Shown: positions 28,450 to 37,656, counted from the stretch's first letter. The stretch is 64,000 nt of DNA from an uncultured bacterium (GCA_963701025.1 OY969557.1:298405-362404); one strand, 5' to 3'. Translations and numbers: made by a program. The notes: generated by a model from the sequence alone, not told the origin.

Positions 28450-29250
28450 ATGCCATGCTATCATTATCGAATGCCTTCCGCACCTCATCCGCTCTCTTCA
28501 TATGACCTCGTCATATTCGACCTGGATGGTACGCTTGCTCCGTCGAAATCACCCCTCGAACCCGGCATGGCGGAGCTGGTAATGAAGCTTGCGGCTAAGA
28601 TCAAGGTGGCCGTCATATCCGGCGGCGGCTATCCGCAATTTCAAACGCAGTTTTTGAATGCTCTACCGACTTCTTCGGAAAGCTTCAGCAATCTCTTCAT
28701 ACTTCCCGCTTCCGGCACAAGTCTCTATGTATGGAAAAGCATGTGGCAGGAGCGGTACGCGGAGACGCTCACTCCGCCGGAGAAGGCGGATATCATGCAG
28801 GCCCTGAATGACGGCCTGCGACGGGCGGGTTATGCTCGCCTGGAAAAGACCTACGGCGACATCATCGAAGACCGCGGATCGCAGATCACGTTTTCCGCGC
28901 TCGGCCAGAGCGCGCCGCTCATGCTCAAATCTGCTTGGGACCCAGGAAGGACGAAACGCCTGAAGATCGCCGATATCGTGCAGGCCAAGATACCCAGATT
29001 CGACGTACGCGTTGGCGGCACGACTTCTATCGACATCACCCGTCGCGGAGTGAACAAGGCTTATGGCATCAGGAAACTGGAAGAATATCTCAAATTGGTC
29101 CCCGATAAGATCGTCTTTGTCGGAGACGCGCTGTTCCAGGGCGGCAACGACTATCCGGCCAAAGCCACCGGCGTGGATTGCATACAGGTCAAAGGACCGG
29201 AAGAGACAAAAAAACTTATCCAGGATTGGCTATTAGGAACTTCTGTATGA
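28450..29250 (+). CDS. Eukaryotic-type phosphomannomutase (HAD-IIB, PMM family)
   Basis: DLDGTLA (the HAD motif I), IKVAVISGGGYPQ, GGTTSIDITRRGVNK and IVFVGDALFQGGNDYPA align to human PMM2 DVDGTLT, IKIGVVGGSDFEK, GGQISFDVFPDGWDK and IYFFGDKTMPGGNDHEI. Confidence 0.8.
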   Translation: MPCYHYRMPSAPHPLSSYDLVIFDLDGTLAPSKSPLEPGMAELVMKLAAKIKVAVISGGGYPQFQTQFLNALPTSSESFSNLFILPASGTSLYVWKSMWQERYAETLTPPEKADIMQALNDGLRRAGYARLEKTYGDIIEDRGSQITFSALGQSAPLMLKSAWDPGRTKRLKIADIVQAKIPRFDVRVGGTTSIDITRRGVNKAYGIRKLEEYLKLVPDKIVFVGDALFQGGNDYPAKATGVDCIQVKGPEETKKLIQDWLLGTSV

Positions 29251-30205
29251 GAAGATCCGTATCCGCCTGCCTTCTGTCATAATCCGAACCCATGACGATA
29301 AAGACGATCGGCTGGCCGTCGACTCGCAATATGGTCATCATCGTCTCCCCCGCCTCGGGCGTGCGGCCGGTCTTGCCGCCGATGAAACGTGGGTCGTTCA
29401 CGAACGGATGGATGCTGTCGAAGCTATGGGCGCCGTGATCGGTCGTCGTGGCGACGCTCGCGTGAGCTATGCGCGTCAAGGCGAGGATGTCCGGCCGATG
29501 TACATAGAGATACCGGGCCAGGGCGAACATATCTGTGGCTGAAACCTGGTTGTGCGGGCTTATGCCCGATGGATCGGCGAAATACGCCGTAGGCATGCCG
29601 ACCTCCCAGGCATAGCTCGACATGAGCCCCAGGAATCTCTGGCGATCGGAGGACGATGCGATGGCTTCAGCCGCCACATTGGACGAGTCTAGGAGAAGCG
29701 GATAGAGAAGCTCTTGGAGCGTGAATATCTCGCCGGCATGGAGGTCGCTTCCGTCCTGCGGAACATCAGTCTCCGACGCAGTGATGATTATGGTCGTGGT
29801 CGGCGACATGGTATCGGTCGCCGCTATTGTGGTGATCAGTTTCGACATGGATGCGACCGGCAGTACGGCCGCGGCGTTCGAGCTTAAGTAGACCTGGCCT
29901 GTGAGGACATTGCCGACGATGTAAGCCTTGGCGGTGATCTCATCCGGCGAACGGACTACGGGCATCGGTTGCGGCGAGAGGCCCGTATCCTGATATTGCG
30001 TGGGGATGGCGGTCGTAGACAGCGGTATAAGGACCTGGGATGGCGTAGAAGCCGATGGCGACAGGATAGCCGGTCGGACGATGAGCGACGGCTGAATGTA
30101 CGGAGACCATATCATCTGTTCGACTCGTACTCCGGCCGCTATGCCGATGATCACTAGACATGCAGCGAGAAGGATGAGCGTCTTCGTCTGGTTAGCAGGT
30201 GGCAT
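29216..30205 (-). CDS. D-alanyl-D-alanine carboxypeptidase (S11 peptidase, PBP5/6-like)
   Basis: It has an N-terminal TM, SMSK (SxxK), SSN and KTG (GKTGRT) motifs in the correct order. Confidence 0.85.
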   Translation of the reverse strand: MPPANQTKTLILLAACLVIIGIAAGVRVEQMIWSPYIQPSLIVRPAILSPSASTPSQVLIPLSTTAIPTQYQDTGLSPQPMPVVRSPDEITAKAYIVGNVLTGQVYLSSNAAAVLPVASMSKLITTIAATDTMSPTTTIIITASETDVPQDGSDLHAGEIFTLQELLYPLLLDSSNVAAEAIASSSDRQRFLGLMSSYAWEVGMPTAYFADPSGISPHNQVSATDMFALARYLYVHRPDILALTRIAHASVATTTDHGAHSFDSIHPFVNDPRFIGGKTGRTPEAGETMMTILRVDGQPIVFIVMGSDYDRRQADTDLLIQKFLIANPG

Positions 30206-30246
30206 CGTCCGTTAACTGTAGCGGGGAGCGGGGCGAGAGTCAAACA

Positions 30247-30738
30247 TCACCTCGTCACCGAGATCGTCGCAGTCAGCTCTCCCGTGGAACTAGCGGTAAC
30301 CCGTCCATTCGCGTCGCGGAAGATCTCATAGCCGGTATTATAACTGCTCGTCGAAACGTACGAGGCGCTGGCGAGAGATGGATCAAAAGGTAAGGATGAA
30401 AGGTAATCCGGCACGAGGCATGGCGCGAGATCGACGGAGACAGCGCTTTCCGGACCGCTTTTGATGACAGCGGGGGTTTGGGGTAACTCCTTCGTAAGAC
30501 CGTTACAGACAAAAACGCCTCTGTGTTCGGAGATGTTTTGTCCGACGGCATTCAACAACGCATTCACGTTGCTCACTCGCTGGGAATCGCGGGCCAACTT
30601 GAATTGGCGGGCCGGATTGACGGCGACTAGGACGACCGCGGCTAGGACGGCGATGATGCCGATGACGACGAGCACTTCTATAAGAGTAAAAGCCCGTTTG
30701 GAAATGGACTTCTTGATACACGCATGAGGATCATTCAT
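30247..30738 (-). CDS. pilA: Type IV pilin (prepilin-type N-terminal cleavage/methylation domain)
   Basis: It has KRAFTLIEVLVVIGIIAVLAAVVLVAV, the class III signal with G/F-T-L-I-E. It is the last pilin gene in the pilB-pilC-...-pilA operon. Confidence 0.8.
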   Translation of the reverse strand: MNDPHACIKKSISKRAFTLIEVLVVIGIIAVLAAVVLVAVNPARQFKLARDSQRVSNVNALLNAVGQNISEHRGVFVCNGLTKELPQTPAVIKSGPESAVSVDLAPCLVPDYLSSLPFDPSLASASYVSTSSYNTGYEIFRDANGRVTASSTGELTATISVTR

Positions 30739-30807
30739 GATTGAAAATGATTACCTGATAATCCACCTATCATACCGGTACGGGATAAAGAACTGATGAA
30801 ATTCTCC

Positions 30808-31167
30808 TCAAGGAATGATGAAGATCCGATAAAGAAACGATGAAGAAACTCCTTCAAGGCGAGCAGAAGCCTGAATGGAGACGTTTCCCGCAATGTCGCG
30901 GGAGACCACGGCGGTACAACCGAGTTCAGAGATATCGAACGGCCCGGCTAGAAAATGATCCTTGGCCGCCATCAAAGCCGCGGAATCGAGACATGCCTCG
31001 GCGTTCATCGCGGCTTGAACGCGCAATTCGCGCCTATCGACGGCATCTTCATACGAAACCGCCGAACCTAGGGCTGCCAGGGAAAAAGCCATGACACCGG
31101 CGGCGAGCATGATCACGGCGGTGACAGCGATGAAACCTCTATTCTTCATAAGCGTCTTGGATGTCAT
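30808..31167 (-). CDS. Putative minor pilin / pseudopilin
   Basis: Its N-terminus KNRGFIAVTAVIMLAAGVMAF resembles prepilin (G-F plus a hydrophobic helix), and it sits in the pilus operon. Confidence 0.5.
   Translation of the reverse strand: MTSKTLMKNRGFIAVTAVIMLAAGVMAFSLAALGSAVSYEDAVDRRELRVQAAMNAEACLDSAALMAAKDHFLAGPFDISELGCTAVVSRDIAGNVSIQASARLEGVSSSFLYRIFIIP
30817..30840 (-). promoter_or_regulatory. Second copy of 24-nt motif (GATGAAGATCCGATAAAGAAACG) upstream of pilA
   Basis: See the feature at 34884-34907. This copy sits in the 70-nt gap between the minor pilin and pilA. Confidence 0.35.
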
Positions 31168-31300
31168 GGCTCAACGCGATATCATCGAAATGAATGGCCC
31201 ACGCGTATCGTATGAAGGTAGCCATTAGCATCGAGAGCAAAGCCGAATATATGACGACTTCTATGAGAGTCATGCCGTTTTTAGTTGAATGATATTTCAT
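31139..31300 (-). CDS. Very small prepilin-like ORF (about 53 aa), not in the ORF track because it is under 60 aa
   Basis: Hand translation gives MKYHSTKNGMTLIEVVIYSALLSMLMATF, a canonical G-MTLIEV prepilin leader. It overlaps both neighbours slightly and may be truncated. Confidence 0.35.
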   Translation of the reverse strand: MKYHSTKNGMTLIEVVIYSALLSMLMATFIRYAWAIHFDDIALSHDIQDAYEE

Positions 31301-32699
31301 ATATGACCGGGGCCGTAGCGGCCAGTATATACAGACGATCGCCGTCGCAGGTGAGCCTCTGCGGCGCTACGGGCAATGAATAAGAGACCGTCGTCGTAGA
31401 AAGAAGACGGTCGAATATTTGGAATTCCTTGTTGACCTGCCGAGTAGCCAGGTATGCATGAGAGCGATCGACGACCATGCCATAAACACCGCCGGGAATA
31501 TCTATTGAATTGTATACGGAGAAATTCTCTGGGGAGTATGTGGATGAAGCGGATGCGGTCCAGGTGAAAGCTTCATGGTCGGTCGTTATGTTAAAACCGC
31601 CAGATGTCCTGCCGAATCCCAATGAATCCTCAAAATACGAGAGAATCTTCCCTTCCTGACGCGACCAGCCGGATGGCGAAAATGAATCGACGAGAATGGG
31701 CGATGCCGGTTGGGACACGTCTATGCGACGCAATTGTTTTTGGTCGGAATCGGCGACATACGCAACTCCGTTACGAACAAATATATCATTAACCTTACTA
31801 CCAGTCTTAACGCTACCCGTCTTTATAGGCGAGGCGGGATTTGAGATATCGATGATGGACATTTCATCTCCGTCCCATTTCTCCGTGCCGAGATAGACTT
31901 TGCCATTGTCAAAAAATATGCTGCTCCCGACCGGTTCCGTCGCCGTGGCGTATGGTGGCGGTAACTTATATTTCTTCTCAAGGACCAAGCTATCCAATGA
32001 GTCCATTCTGATGACATGAAGCTGGGCCGCCGTACTGGCGGCCGCGGCATATACTCTGGCGCCGGCAAGAGCGATGGCGGCTATGCCCGGACCGGTATTG
32101 ATAGAGGATAGGATCTTCGAGTGAACCGGATCTTTGATATCAATAACGAAGAGGTCCGGATCGGACGCTGTTGATGAATCACCAGATACGTACGCGATGC
32201 CATCCCTGACTTCGAGATCGGTCAATGGCAGAAGCGGACCTATCGGCAGAATGATCGGCGTAACGGATATCATGGCCGGTTCGAGGGTATATCCCGAGTG
32301 CGCAGCATCTGGATGCAGGAATGCATATGAACCGACGATGGCGTGATCGAAAAAATCGGCCGCACAAAGCGGGGTTCCGGCAGTATCGGCTAGGTGAGCG
32401 CTGTCTCGAGACTTGATACGGACGAATGAGACGGGCTGGGCGAACACGGACGTCGAGGAAGCCGTCATGTCGGTTTCAACGCGGTCATTGCCGAAAGGCC
32501 GGCTCGATGAAGCAGTATAAGACGATCTTTCAAACGCGTCCAAGAGTACGGACCGATCATGTGCTCGATCGAAGACGGAGCGAGCTCCGATTGATGATCC
32601 CGTGATAATAGTCGTAAAAAGTACCGCTAGCGAAAGGGCTAATATAATATCGACCAGGATCATTCCGGCTCTAATGTTGAAGGGCTTTCGATACGTCAT
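31281..32699 (-). CDS. Pseudopilin-like N-terminus fused to an LVIVD-repeat beta-propeller (possible pilus tip/adhesin)
   Basis: It has an N-terminal RAGMILVDIILALSLAVLF hydrophobic prepilin-like segment. Its C-terminal 300 aa contain repeated LxVxD-type blades (LFVIDIKDPVHSKIL, MSIIDISNPASP, RRIDVSQPASP), as in PF08309. Confidence 0.55.
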   Translation of the reverse strand: MTYRKPFNIRAGMILVDIILALSLAVLFTTIITGSSIGARSVFDRAHDRSVLLDAFERSSYTASSSRPFGNDRVETDMTASSTSVFAQPVSFVRIKSRDSAHLADTAGTPLCAADFFDHAIVGSYAFLHPDAAHSGYTLEPAMISVTPIILPIGPLLPLTDLEVRDGIAYVSGDSSTASDPDLFVIDIKDPVHSKILSSINTGPGIAAIALAGARVYAAAASTAAQLHVIRMDSLDSLVLEKKYKLPPPYATATEPVGSSIFFDNGKVYLGTEKWDGDEMSIIDISNPASPIKTGSVKTGSKVNDIFVRNGVAYVADSDQKQLRRIDVSQPASPILVDSFSPSGWSRQEGKILSYFEDSLGFGRTSGGFNITTDHEAFTWTASASSTYSPENFSVYNSIDIPGGVYGMVVDRSHAYLATRQVNKEFQIFDRLLSTTTVSYSLPVAPQRLTCDGDRLYILAATAPVIYEISFN

Positions 32700-33717
32700 A
32701 GATAGGCATCATGATGGATAATGCGATAGCCCCGACGGCGCAACCCATAATCGCCATCATGGCCGGTTCGACGAGAGCGGTCAGTCGTTTGAGCGCGTGT
32801 TCGATATCGCGATCGAGAATACCAGACGCCCGTACAAGGGAAGAGCCGAGGGATCCGGAGGCCTCACCGGCAGAAACGAGTGGCGCTATATAAGGCGGTA
32901 CGCGCCTCATGTCCGCCAATATGCCTCCGAACCTGACGCCACGGGATATATCGACTGACTTTTCCTCGAATGACCGGCGCATTGGTACAAAAGGCATCGC
33001 GCCGACGGCCCGTGCGTACGACTCGGCGAGAGCGGCTCCCGATCCGACGAGCGAACCGAGAGAGCGCGTCATGAGGGCAAGCGAATAGCATCTCGCTAAC
33101 CATCCGACAACAGGCAGATGAAGAACAAGCGTGTGGCACAACCAGCGGACATGAAATATCTTCTTATACATAAAGACTGAAAGAAAAAATATGACAATAC
33201 CGCTCGATAATGCATACAAACCGTATTTAACAAGATTTTCCGACAGAAAGACGACGACGCGCGTGAGGAGTGGTAGCTGCACATGCAGGCTTTTCAGCAA
33301 AGGGATGATCTGCGGCATGACTCCACGCATGAGTCCTACGGTCATGACGACGGCGAACACGCCTATGATGGAAGGGTACGCCATAGCCGATAGGCAAGTT
33401 TTGATCAGAGCGTCTTCCCTTTCCAAGATCATCCTGGCTGAAGCCATGGCTTCAGCCAGTCCGCCGGAATCCTCGCCATGCTCTATGAGACCGACGATCG
33501 TCGGCGATATCTTCAGCCGTTCATGAAGATTGCGCGACAATAGACCGCCGTCTTCGACCGATATTCTGATACGGTCGATAGCCATCTTCTGTTTTTTTGA
33601 AATCCCGGAACCCGCCGTGGACAATGCTTCGGTCGGTGACAAGCCCGCGGACAAGTACATCTCCAGACGCTCGAGGAGAAGGATGAGGTCACGACGCTTG
33701 AATCCGCCTTTCATCAT
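32671..33717 (-). CDS. pilC: Type IV pilus assembly / T2SS platform protein PilC (GspF family)
   Basis: It has two GspF repeats and 3 TM. The start was chosen at the Met that forms an ATGA overlap with the pilB stop. Confidence 0.85.
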   Translation of the reverse strand: MMKGGFKRRDLILLLERLEMYLSAGLSPTEALSTAGSGISKKQKMAIDRIRISVEDGGLLSRNLHERLKISPTIVGLIEHGEDSGGLAEAMASARMILEREDALIKTCLSAMAYPSIIGVFAVVMTVGLMRGVMPQIIPLLKSLHVQLPLLTRVVVFLSENLVKYGLYALSSGIVIFFLSVFMYKKIFHVRWLCHTLVLHLPVVGWLARCYSLALMTRSLGSLVGSGAALAESYARAVGAMPFVPMRRSFEEKSVDISRGVRFGGILADMRRVPPYIAPLVSAGEASGSLGSSLVRASGILDRDIEHALKRLTALVEPAMMAIMGCAVGAIALSIMMPIYDVSKALQH

Positions 33718-34829
33718 GAATGTAATACGCGCAACACCTCCGCCTTGCTGGTCACTCCCCATTCGGCTTTTTCCATGCCGTCGTCGATGAGCGGACGGAA
33801 GCCTTGCGAGCGTGCGTATTCGAGGCAAACGGACACTGGTTCTTTGCGGGCAATGAGCTCCTTCATCCTTGCGTCTATCTCGCAGGCCTCGACGATTATC
33901 GAACGGCCCTTGTAGCCGGAATCCCGGCATGAGACGCACCCTTCGGCGTCGCATGACTGGCATACGTTCCTGACCAGGCGTTGAGCTATGACCAGAGTCA
34001 GAGTCGAAGCTAAGAGATATGGATCGACGCCCATGTCGATCAAGCGCGGTATAGCTTCTATGGCGGAATTGGTATGGAGGGTGGAAAGGACCAGGTGACC
34101 AGTCAAGGCGGTGTGAACGGCGACGAGAGCCGTCTCATGATCCCGTATCTCGCCGACCATGATGACGTCTGGATCCTGGCGCAGAGCGGCGCGCAAGCCG
34201 GAAGCGAAGGTGACGCCATGGGTATGGCGTATGTGGACCTGGCGCACGCCGGCGATCTCGTATTCCACCGGATCTTCCAGAGTGATGACCGATAGCGGTT
34301 CCCTGGCTTTGAGCGAGAGACAAGTATGCAGAGTCGTCGTCTTGCCGGAGCCGGTCGGACCGGTGACTAATATAAGACCGTGTGTCTTCTTCAAGGCTTC
34401 GTCTATGAGGCGTACCTGGTCCGGGATGAAACCGAGCCGGGCGAATGATATGTCCGTGGACGACCCGGCAGGCAAAAGACGTATGACGGCATTTTCGCCG
34501 TGATACGTCGGCATGAATGAGACGCGCATATTATAGACGGCGCTTTCGAGCTTCATGCGCCAGCGACCGTCCTGCGGCACGGCATGTATATCCGTGCGTG
34601 CGCCGGACAGGATCTTTAGCCGGGCGATCATCTCCTCGTGAAGCCGCTTAGATATAGTCTCCATGCTTTCCATGATTCCGTCGATGCGCACGCGTACCAG
34701 CGTGCCGCAGGCATCGGGATCGATGTGTACGTCCGAGGCGCGTACGGAAGCGGCCCGCTCTAGGAGGCTTTCTATGGCCGCCGAAGCCGTGGCGTAATCG
34801 CGCGTTCCACTCATATTTTCGTTCTTCAT
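33714..34829 (-). CDS. pilB: Type IV pilus assembly ATPase PilB (GspE family), short form lacking N1 domain
   Basis: It has Walker A LVTGPTGSGKTTTL, Asp and His boxes, and a tetracysteine CxxC...CxxC motif. Confidence 0.9.
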   Translation of the reverse strand: MKNENMSGTRDYATASAAIESLLERAASVRASDVHIDPDACGTLVRVRIDGIMESMETISKRLHEEMIARLKILSGARTDIHAVPQDGRWRMKLESAVYNMRVSFMPTYHGENAVIRLLPAGSSTDISFARLGFIPDQVRLIDEALKKTHGLILVTGPTGSGKTTTLHTCLSLKAREPLSVITLEDPVEYEIAGVRQVHIRHTHGVTFASGLRAALRQDPDVIMVGEIRDHETALVAVHTALTGHLVLSTLHTNSAIEAIPRLIDMGVDPYLLASTLTLVIAQRLVRNVCQSCDAEGCVSCRDSGYKGRSIIVEACEIDARMKELIARKEPVSVCLEYARSQGFRPLIDDGMEKAEWGVTSKAEVLRVLHS

Positions 34830-34838
34830 GCGGAGAGC

Positions 34839-34867
34839 ATATCAGGGTGAAATAAAGAAACGCTCAA
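34839..34867 (-). promoter_or_regulatory. Putative sigma70-type promoter (TTGAGC-N17-TGATAT) immediately upstream of pilB
   Basis: Read on the minus strand, the spacer is 17 nt. The -10 element ends about 9 nt before the pilB ATG, which implies a leaderless or near-leaderless mRNA. Confidence 0.35.
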
Positions 34868-34883
34868 GAAAGTCTCAAGAAAC

Positions 34884-34907
34884 GATGAAGATCGGATAAA
34901 GAAACGC
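34884..34907 (-). promoter_or_regulatory. 24-nt motif GATGAAGATCGGATAAAGAAACG shared with the pilA upstream region
   Basis: It matches 23 of 24 positions with 30817-30840. Both copies lie 50-100 nt upstream of pilus genes on the minus strand, embedded in AAAGAAACG direct repeats. Confidence 0.35.
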
Positions 34908-34958
34908 CGAAGATTTTTCCGTTTTTCATTTTGCGCCTTTATTTGCTACAATTCACCC

Positions 34959-36185
34959 ATGTCCAAAGACAAAAAGCTCTCTACTGATCCGTACAAGGGC
35001 GTCCGCGACTTCTACCCGGAAGATATGGCCGTGCAGGAATATATCTTCAATATCTGGAAAAAGACCGCCGAAAGCTTCGGCTATGAGCAATACAACGCGT
35101 CAGTCCTCGAACCTGCGGAGCTCTTCAAGGCGAAGTCAGGCGAAGAGATCGTTCTGCGGCAAACCTATACCTTCACTGATCGCGGCGACCGCGAAGTGAC
35201 CCTGCGCCCGGAGATGACGCCGACCGTGGCCAGGATGGTGGCCGCCCGTAAGCGCGAGCTCTCATTCCCCCTGCGCTGGTACTCGATCCCCAATCTCTTT
35301 CGGTATGAGAGCCCCCAGCGCGGACGCCTGCGCGAACATTGGCAACTCAACGTCGACCTCTTCGGAGTCGACTCCGTCGAAGCGGACGTGGAGATCATCT
35401 CCATGGCCCACAAGACTATGAAGAATTTTGGGGCGAAGGATGAGGATTTCGAGATACGCCTGAATAGCAGGGCTTTCCTGGATGATGTATTGGAAAAGGA
35501 GCTCGGCCTCCTCACGCAAGAAGAGAAAAATCCCGTATTGAAGATACTTGACTCTTCCCGCAAGAATCCTCTATGGAAAGGCGAGCTAGCGAAGATCGTC
35601 GGTGAAGCGAAAACCGACAAACTATTCCACGCTTTCACTAAGGAAGAATCCGAAAAGAAGTTCTGCGGCGCGATCTGGAACAGGCTTTCAGACCTAGGCA
35701 TAAAGAACATCCGCTGGGACGGCCATCTCGTCCGCGGTTCCGATTACTATACCGGCATAATCTTCGAGATATTCGACTCCAGTCAGGAGAATCGCCGTTC
35801 GCTCTTCGGCGGCGGCCGTTATGATGATCTGGCATCTCTCTTCGGCGGCGACAAGATCCCAGCCGTAGGCTTTGGTATGGGTGACGTTACGATCCGGGAT
35901 TTCCTCGAGACCCACAAGCTCCTACCTCCATTCACGAGTCCGACCGAGATACACATCTGCACCCTCGACGAGCGATTCATCCCCGATGCCGAGGCCCTCG
36001 CCGAGAAGCTGCGCGCCAAGGGCAAGACGGTGTCCATCAACCTCACGGCTAAGAAGATCGGCGACCAGATCGGCTGGGCTGATAAGCATCGCATACCGAA
36101 GGTCATCGTCATCGGGGAGGAGGAAATGAAGACCGGAAAATACAGACTAAAGACTCTGGCTACGGGAGAGGAGACCGTCTTGTGA
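34959..36185 (+). CDS. hisS: Histidyl-tRNA synthetase
   Basis: At 408 aa it has class II motifs 1-3 and HisRS-specific regions, plus a C-terminal anticodon-binding domain. Confidence 0.93.
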   Translation: MSKDKKLSTDPYKGVRDFYPEDMAVQEYIFNIWKKTAESFGYEQYNASVLEPAELFKAKSGEEIVLRQTYTFTDRGDREVTLRPEMTPTVARMVAARKRELSFPLRWYSIPNLFRYESPQRGRLREHWQLNVDLFGVDSVEADVEIISMAHKTMKNFGAKDEDFEIRLNSRAFLDDVLEKELGLLTQEEKNPVLKILDSSRKNPLWKGELAKIVGEAKTDKLFHAFTKEESEKKFCGAIWNRLSDLGIKNIRWDGHLVRGSDYYTGIIFEIFDSSQENRRSLFGGGRYDDLASLFGGDKIPAVGFGMGDVTIRDFLETHKLLPPFTSPTEIHICTLDERFIPDAEALAEKLRAKGKTVSINLTAKKIGDQIGWADKHRIPKVIVIGEEEMKTGKYRLKTLATGEETVL

Positions 36186-36221
36186 TGATCCTTTTACTTC
36201 TTGATTTTTACTCTTCCCTTT

Positions 36222-36797
36222 ATGCGCGTCATAACTTTAGACCTAGAGACAAAGAACACGTTCCAAGACGTCGGATCGAATGATCCGGCCGATCTCGACA
36301 TGTCGGTCGTCTGCATCCACGATTCAGCTGACGGCGCCTGCAGGAGCTTCCTAGAGACGCAACTGAAGGACCTCTGGCCGATACTAGAGCAGGCGGATAC
36401 GCTCATAACCTGGAATGGAGACCATTTCGACATTCCCCTGCTCAACAAATACTATCCGGGCGACTTATCCAAGATAAAGAGCCTGGACCTTATGAAGGAA
36501 GTGCAGACTGTCCTCGGCAGGCGCCTCAAGCTAGACACGGTAGCCGAAGCCACTCTGGGAAAGAACAAATCCGGCCACGGCCTGGAAGCCATAGAATGGT
36601 GGAATGCCGGCGAGATAGACAAGCTCATCCGATATTGCATAGAGGATGTCTGCATAACCCGCGAACTGTATGATTACGCCATGGCCAACGGCCTCTTGAA
36701 ATACAAAGACGGCGGCGTTCTGAAAGAGATCAAGCTCGATACCTCGCGCTGGCAGGAGTCTGAAAAGAGCGCTATGACATTCACCTTACCTTTTTAG
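36222..36797 (+). CDS. RNase H-like fold predicted 3'-5' exonuclease (YprB/PolB-exo-like, PF13482-like)
   Basis: It has ITLDLET (an Exo I-like DxE) and later acidic motifs (WNGDHFDIPLL; YCIEDVCITRELYDY). The start was chosen at MRVITLDLE. Confidence 0.6.
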   Translation: MRVITLDLETKNTFQDVGSNDPADLDMSVVCIHDSADGACRSFLETQLKDLWPILEQADTLITWNGDHFDIPLLNKYYPGDLSKIKSLDLMKEVQTVLGRRLKLDTVAEATLGKNKSGHGLEAIEWWNAGEIDKLIRYCIEDVCITRELYDYAMANGLLKYKDGGVLKEIKLDTSRWQESEKSAMTFTLPF

Positions 36798-36891
36798 GGC
36801 GTAGGGTAGAGGGTATAGTAAATCATCTGCTATACCCTATACCCCATACCCTTGCTATACTACTGCCATACCCATAATAACTAAAAATGTA

Positions 36892-37656
36892 ATGGATCCC
36901 AAAAATACCCGCTCACAGGCTATCACCATACCCGGCGCCATCATCGTGGCGGCCGCCATTATCGCTATTGCCATCGTATGGGCGACTAAGCCGGCAAAGG
37001 CTCCGGTCGCGGCGAATACGCTTCCCGGACAGATGCCGCAAGTCAATATGGCGCCAGTCACAGCCGCGGATCATATCCTAGGCAATCCGGCCGCTCCAGT
37101 AAAGATAGTCGAGTACTCCGATCCATCATGCCCGTATTGCCAGATGTTCAACCAGACCATGGAGCAAGTCATGAGCGTATACGGAGCGAGCGGCAAGGTG
37201 GCCTGGGTATACCGCCAATTCCCCTTGGATAAGCCGGATGCGAATGGCAATGTCCTCCATCCGCTCGCCGGCATTCAAGCGGAAGGATTGGAATGCGCAG
37301 CCGCTCTCGGCGGCAACAGTGCTTTTTGGGCGTATGAAAAGGAGTGGTTCTCCACATTTCCTTCCAATGGAGCCGACGAAGCAGCTTCCCTGAACAGCCA
37401 ACAGATGGCGCAGGTGGCTAAAGACGTCGGCCTCGATGCCTTGGCATTCAATGATTGCGTGACGAGCAACCAGTTCAAAAGCAAGATCGACGCCGAATAT
37501 ACCGACGGCATAAATGCCGGCGTCCCCGGCACGCCGTTCAATATCATCATCACGCCTTCAGGCAGTACAATCCCATTGACCGGGACGAACGGTGGCGCGA
37601 TATCTTATTTGACGCTTAAGTCTGTACTGGACACATTACTCACCGGGAGCCAATAG
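36892..37656 (+). CDS. DsbA-family thiol:disulfide oxidoreductase (membrane-anchored, CPYC active site)
   Basis: It has an N-terminal TM, a thioredoxin fold with CPYC, and a DsbA-like helical insertion. Confidence 0.8.
   Translation: MDPKNTRSQAITIPGAIIVAAAIIAIAIVWATKPAKAPVAANTLPGQMPQVNMAPVTAADHILGNPAAPVKIVEYSDPSCPYCQMFNQTMEQVMSVYGASGKVAWVYRQFPLDKPDANGNVLHPLAGIQAEGLECAAALGGNSAFWAYEKEWFSTFPSNGADEAASLNSQQMAQVAKDVGLDALAFNDCVTSNQFKSKIDAEYTDGINAGVPGTPFNIIITPSGSTIPLTGTNGGAISYLTLKSVLDTLLTGSQ

Noticed and set aside
30840-31094. 84-aa Arg-rich plus ORF
   Set aside because: It is antisense to the minor pilin gene and is a compositional artefact.
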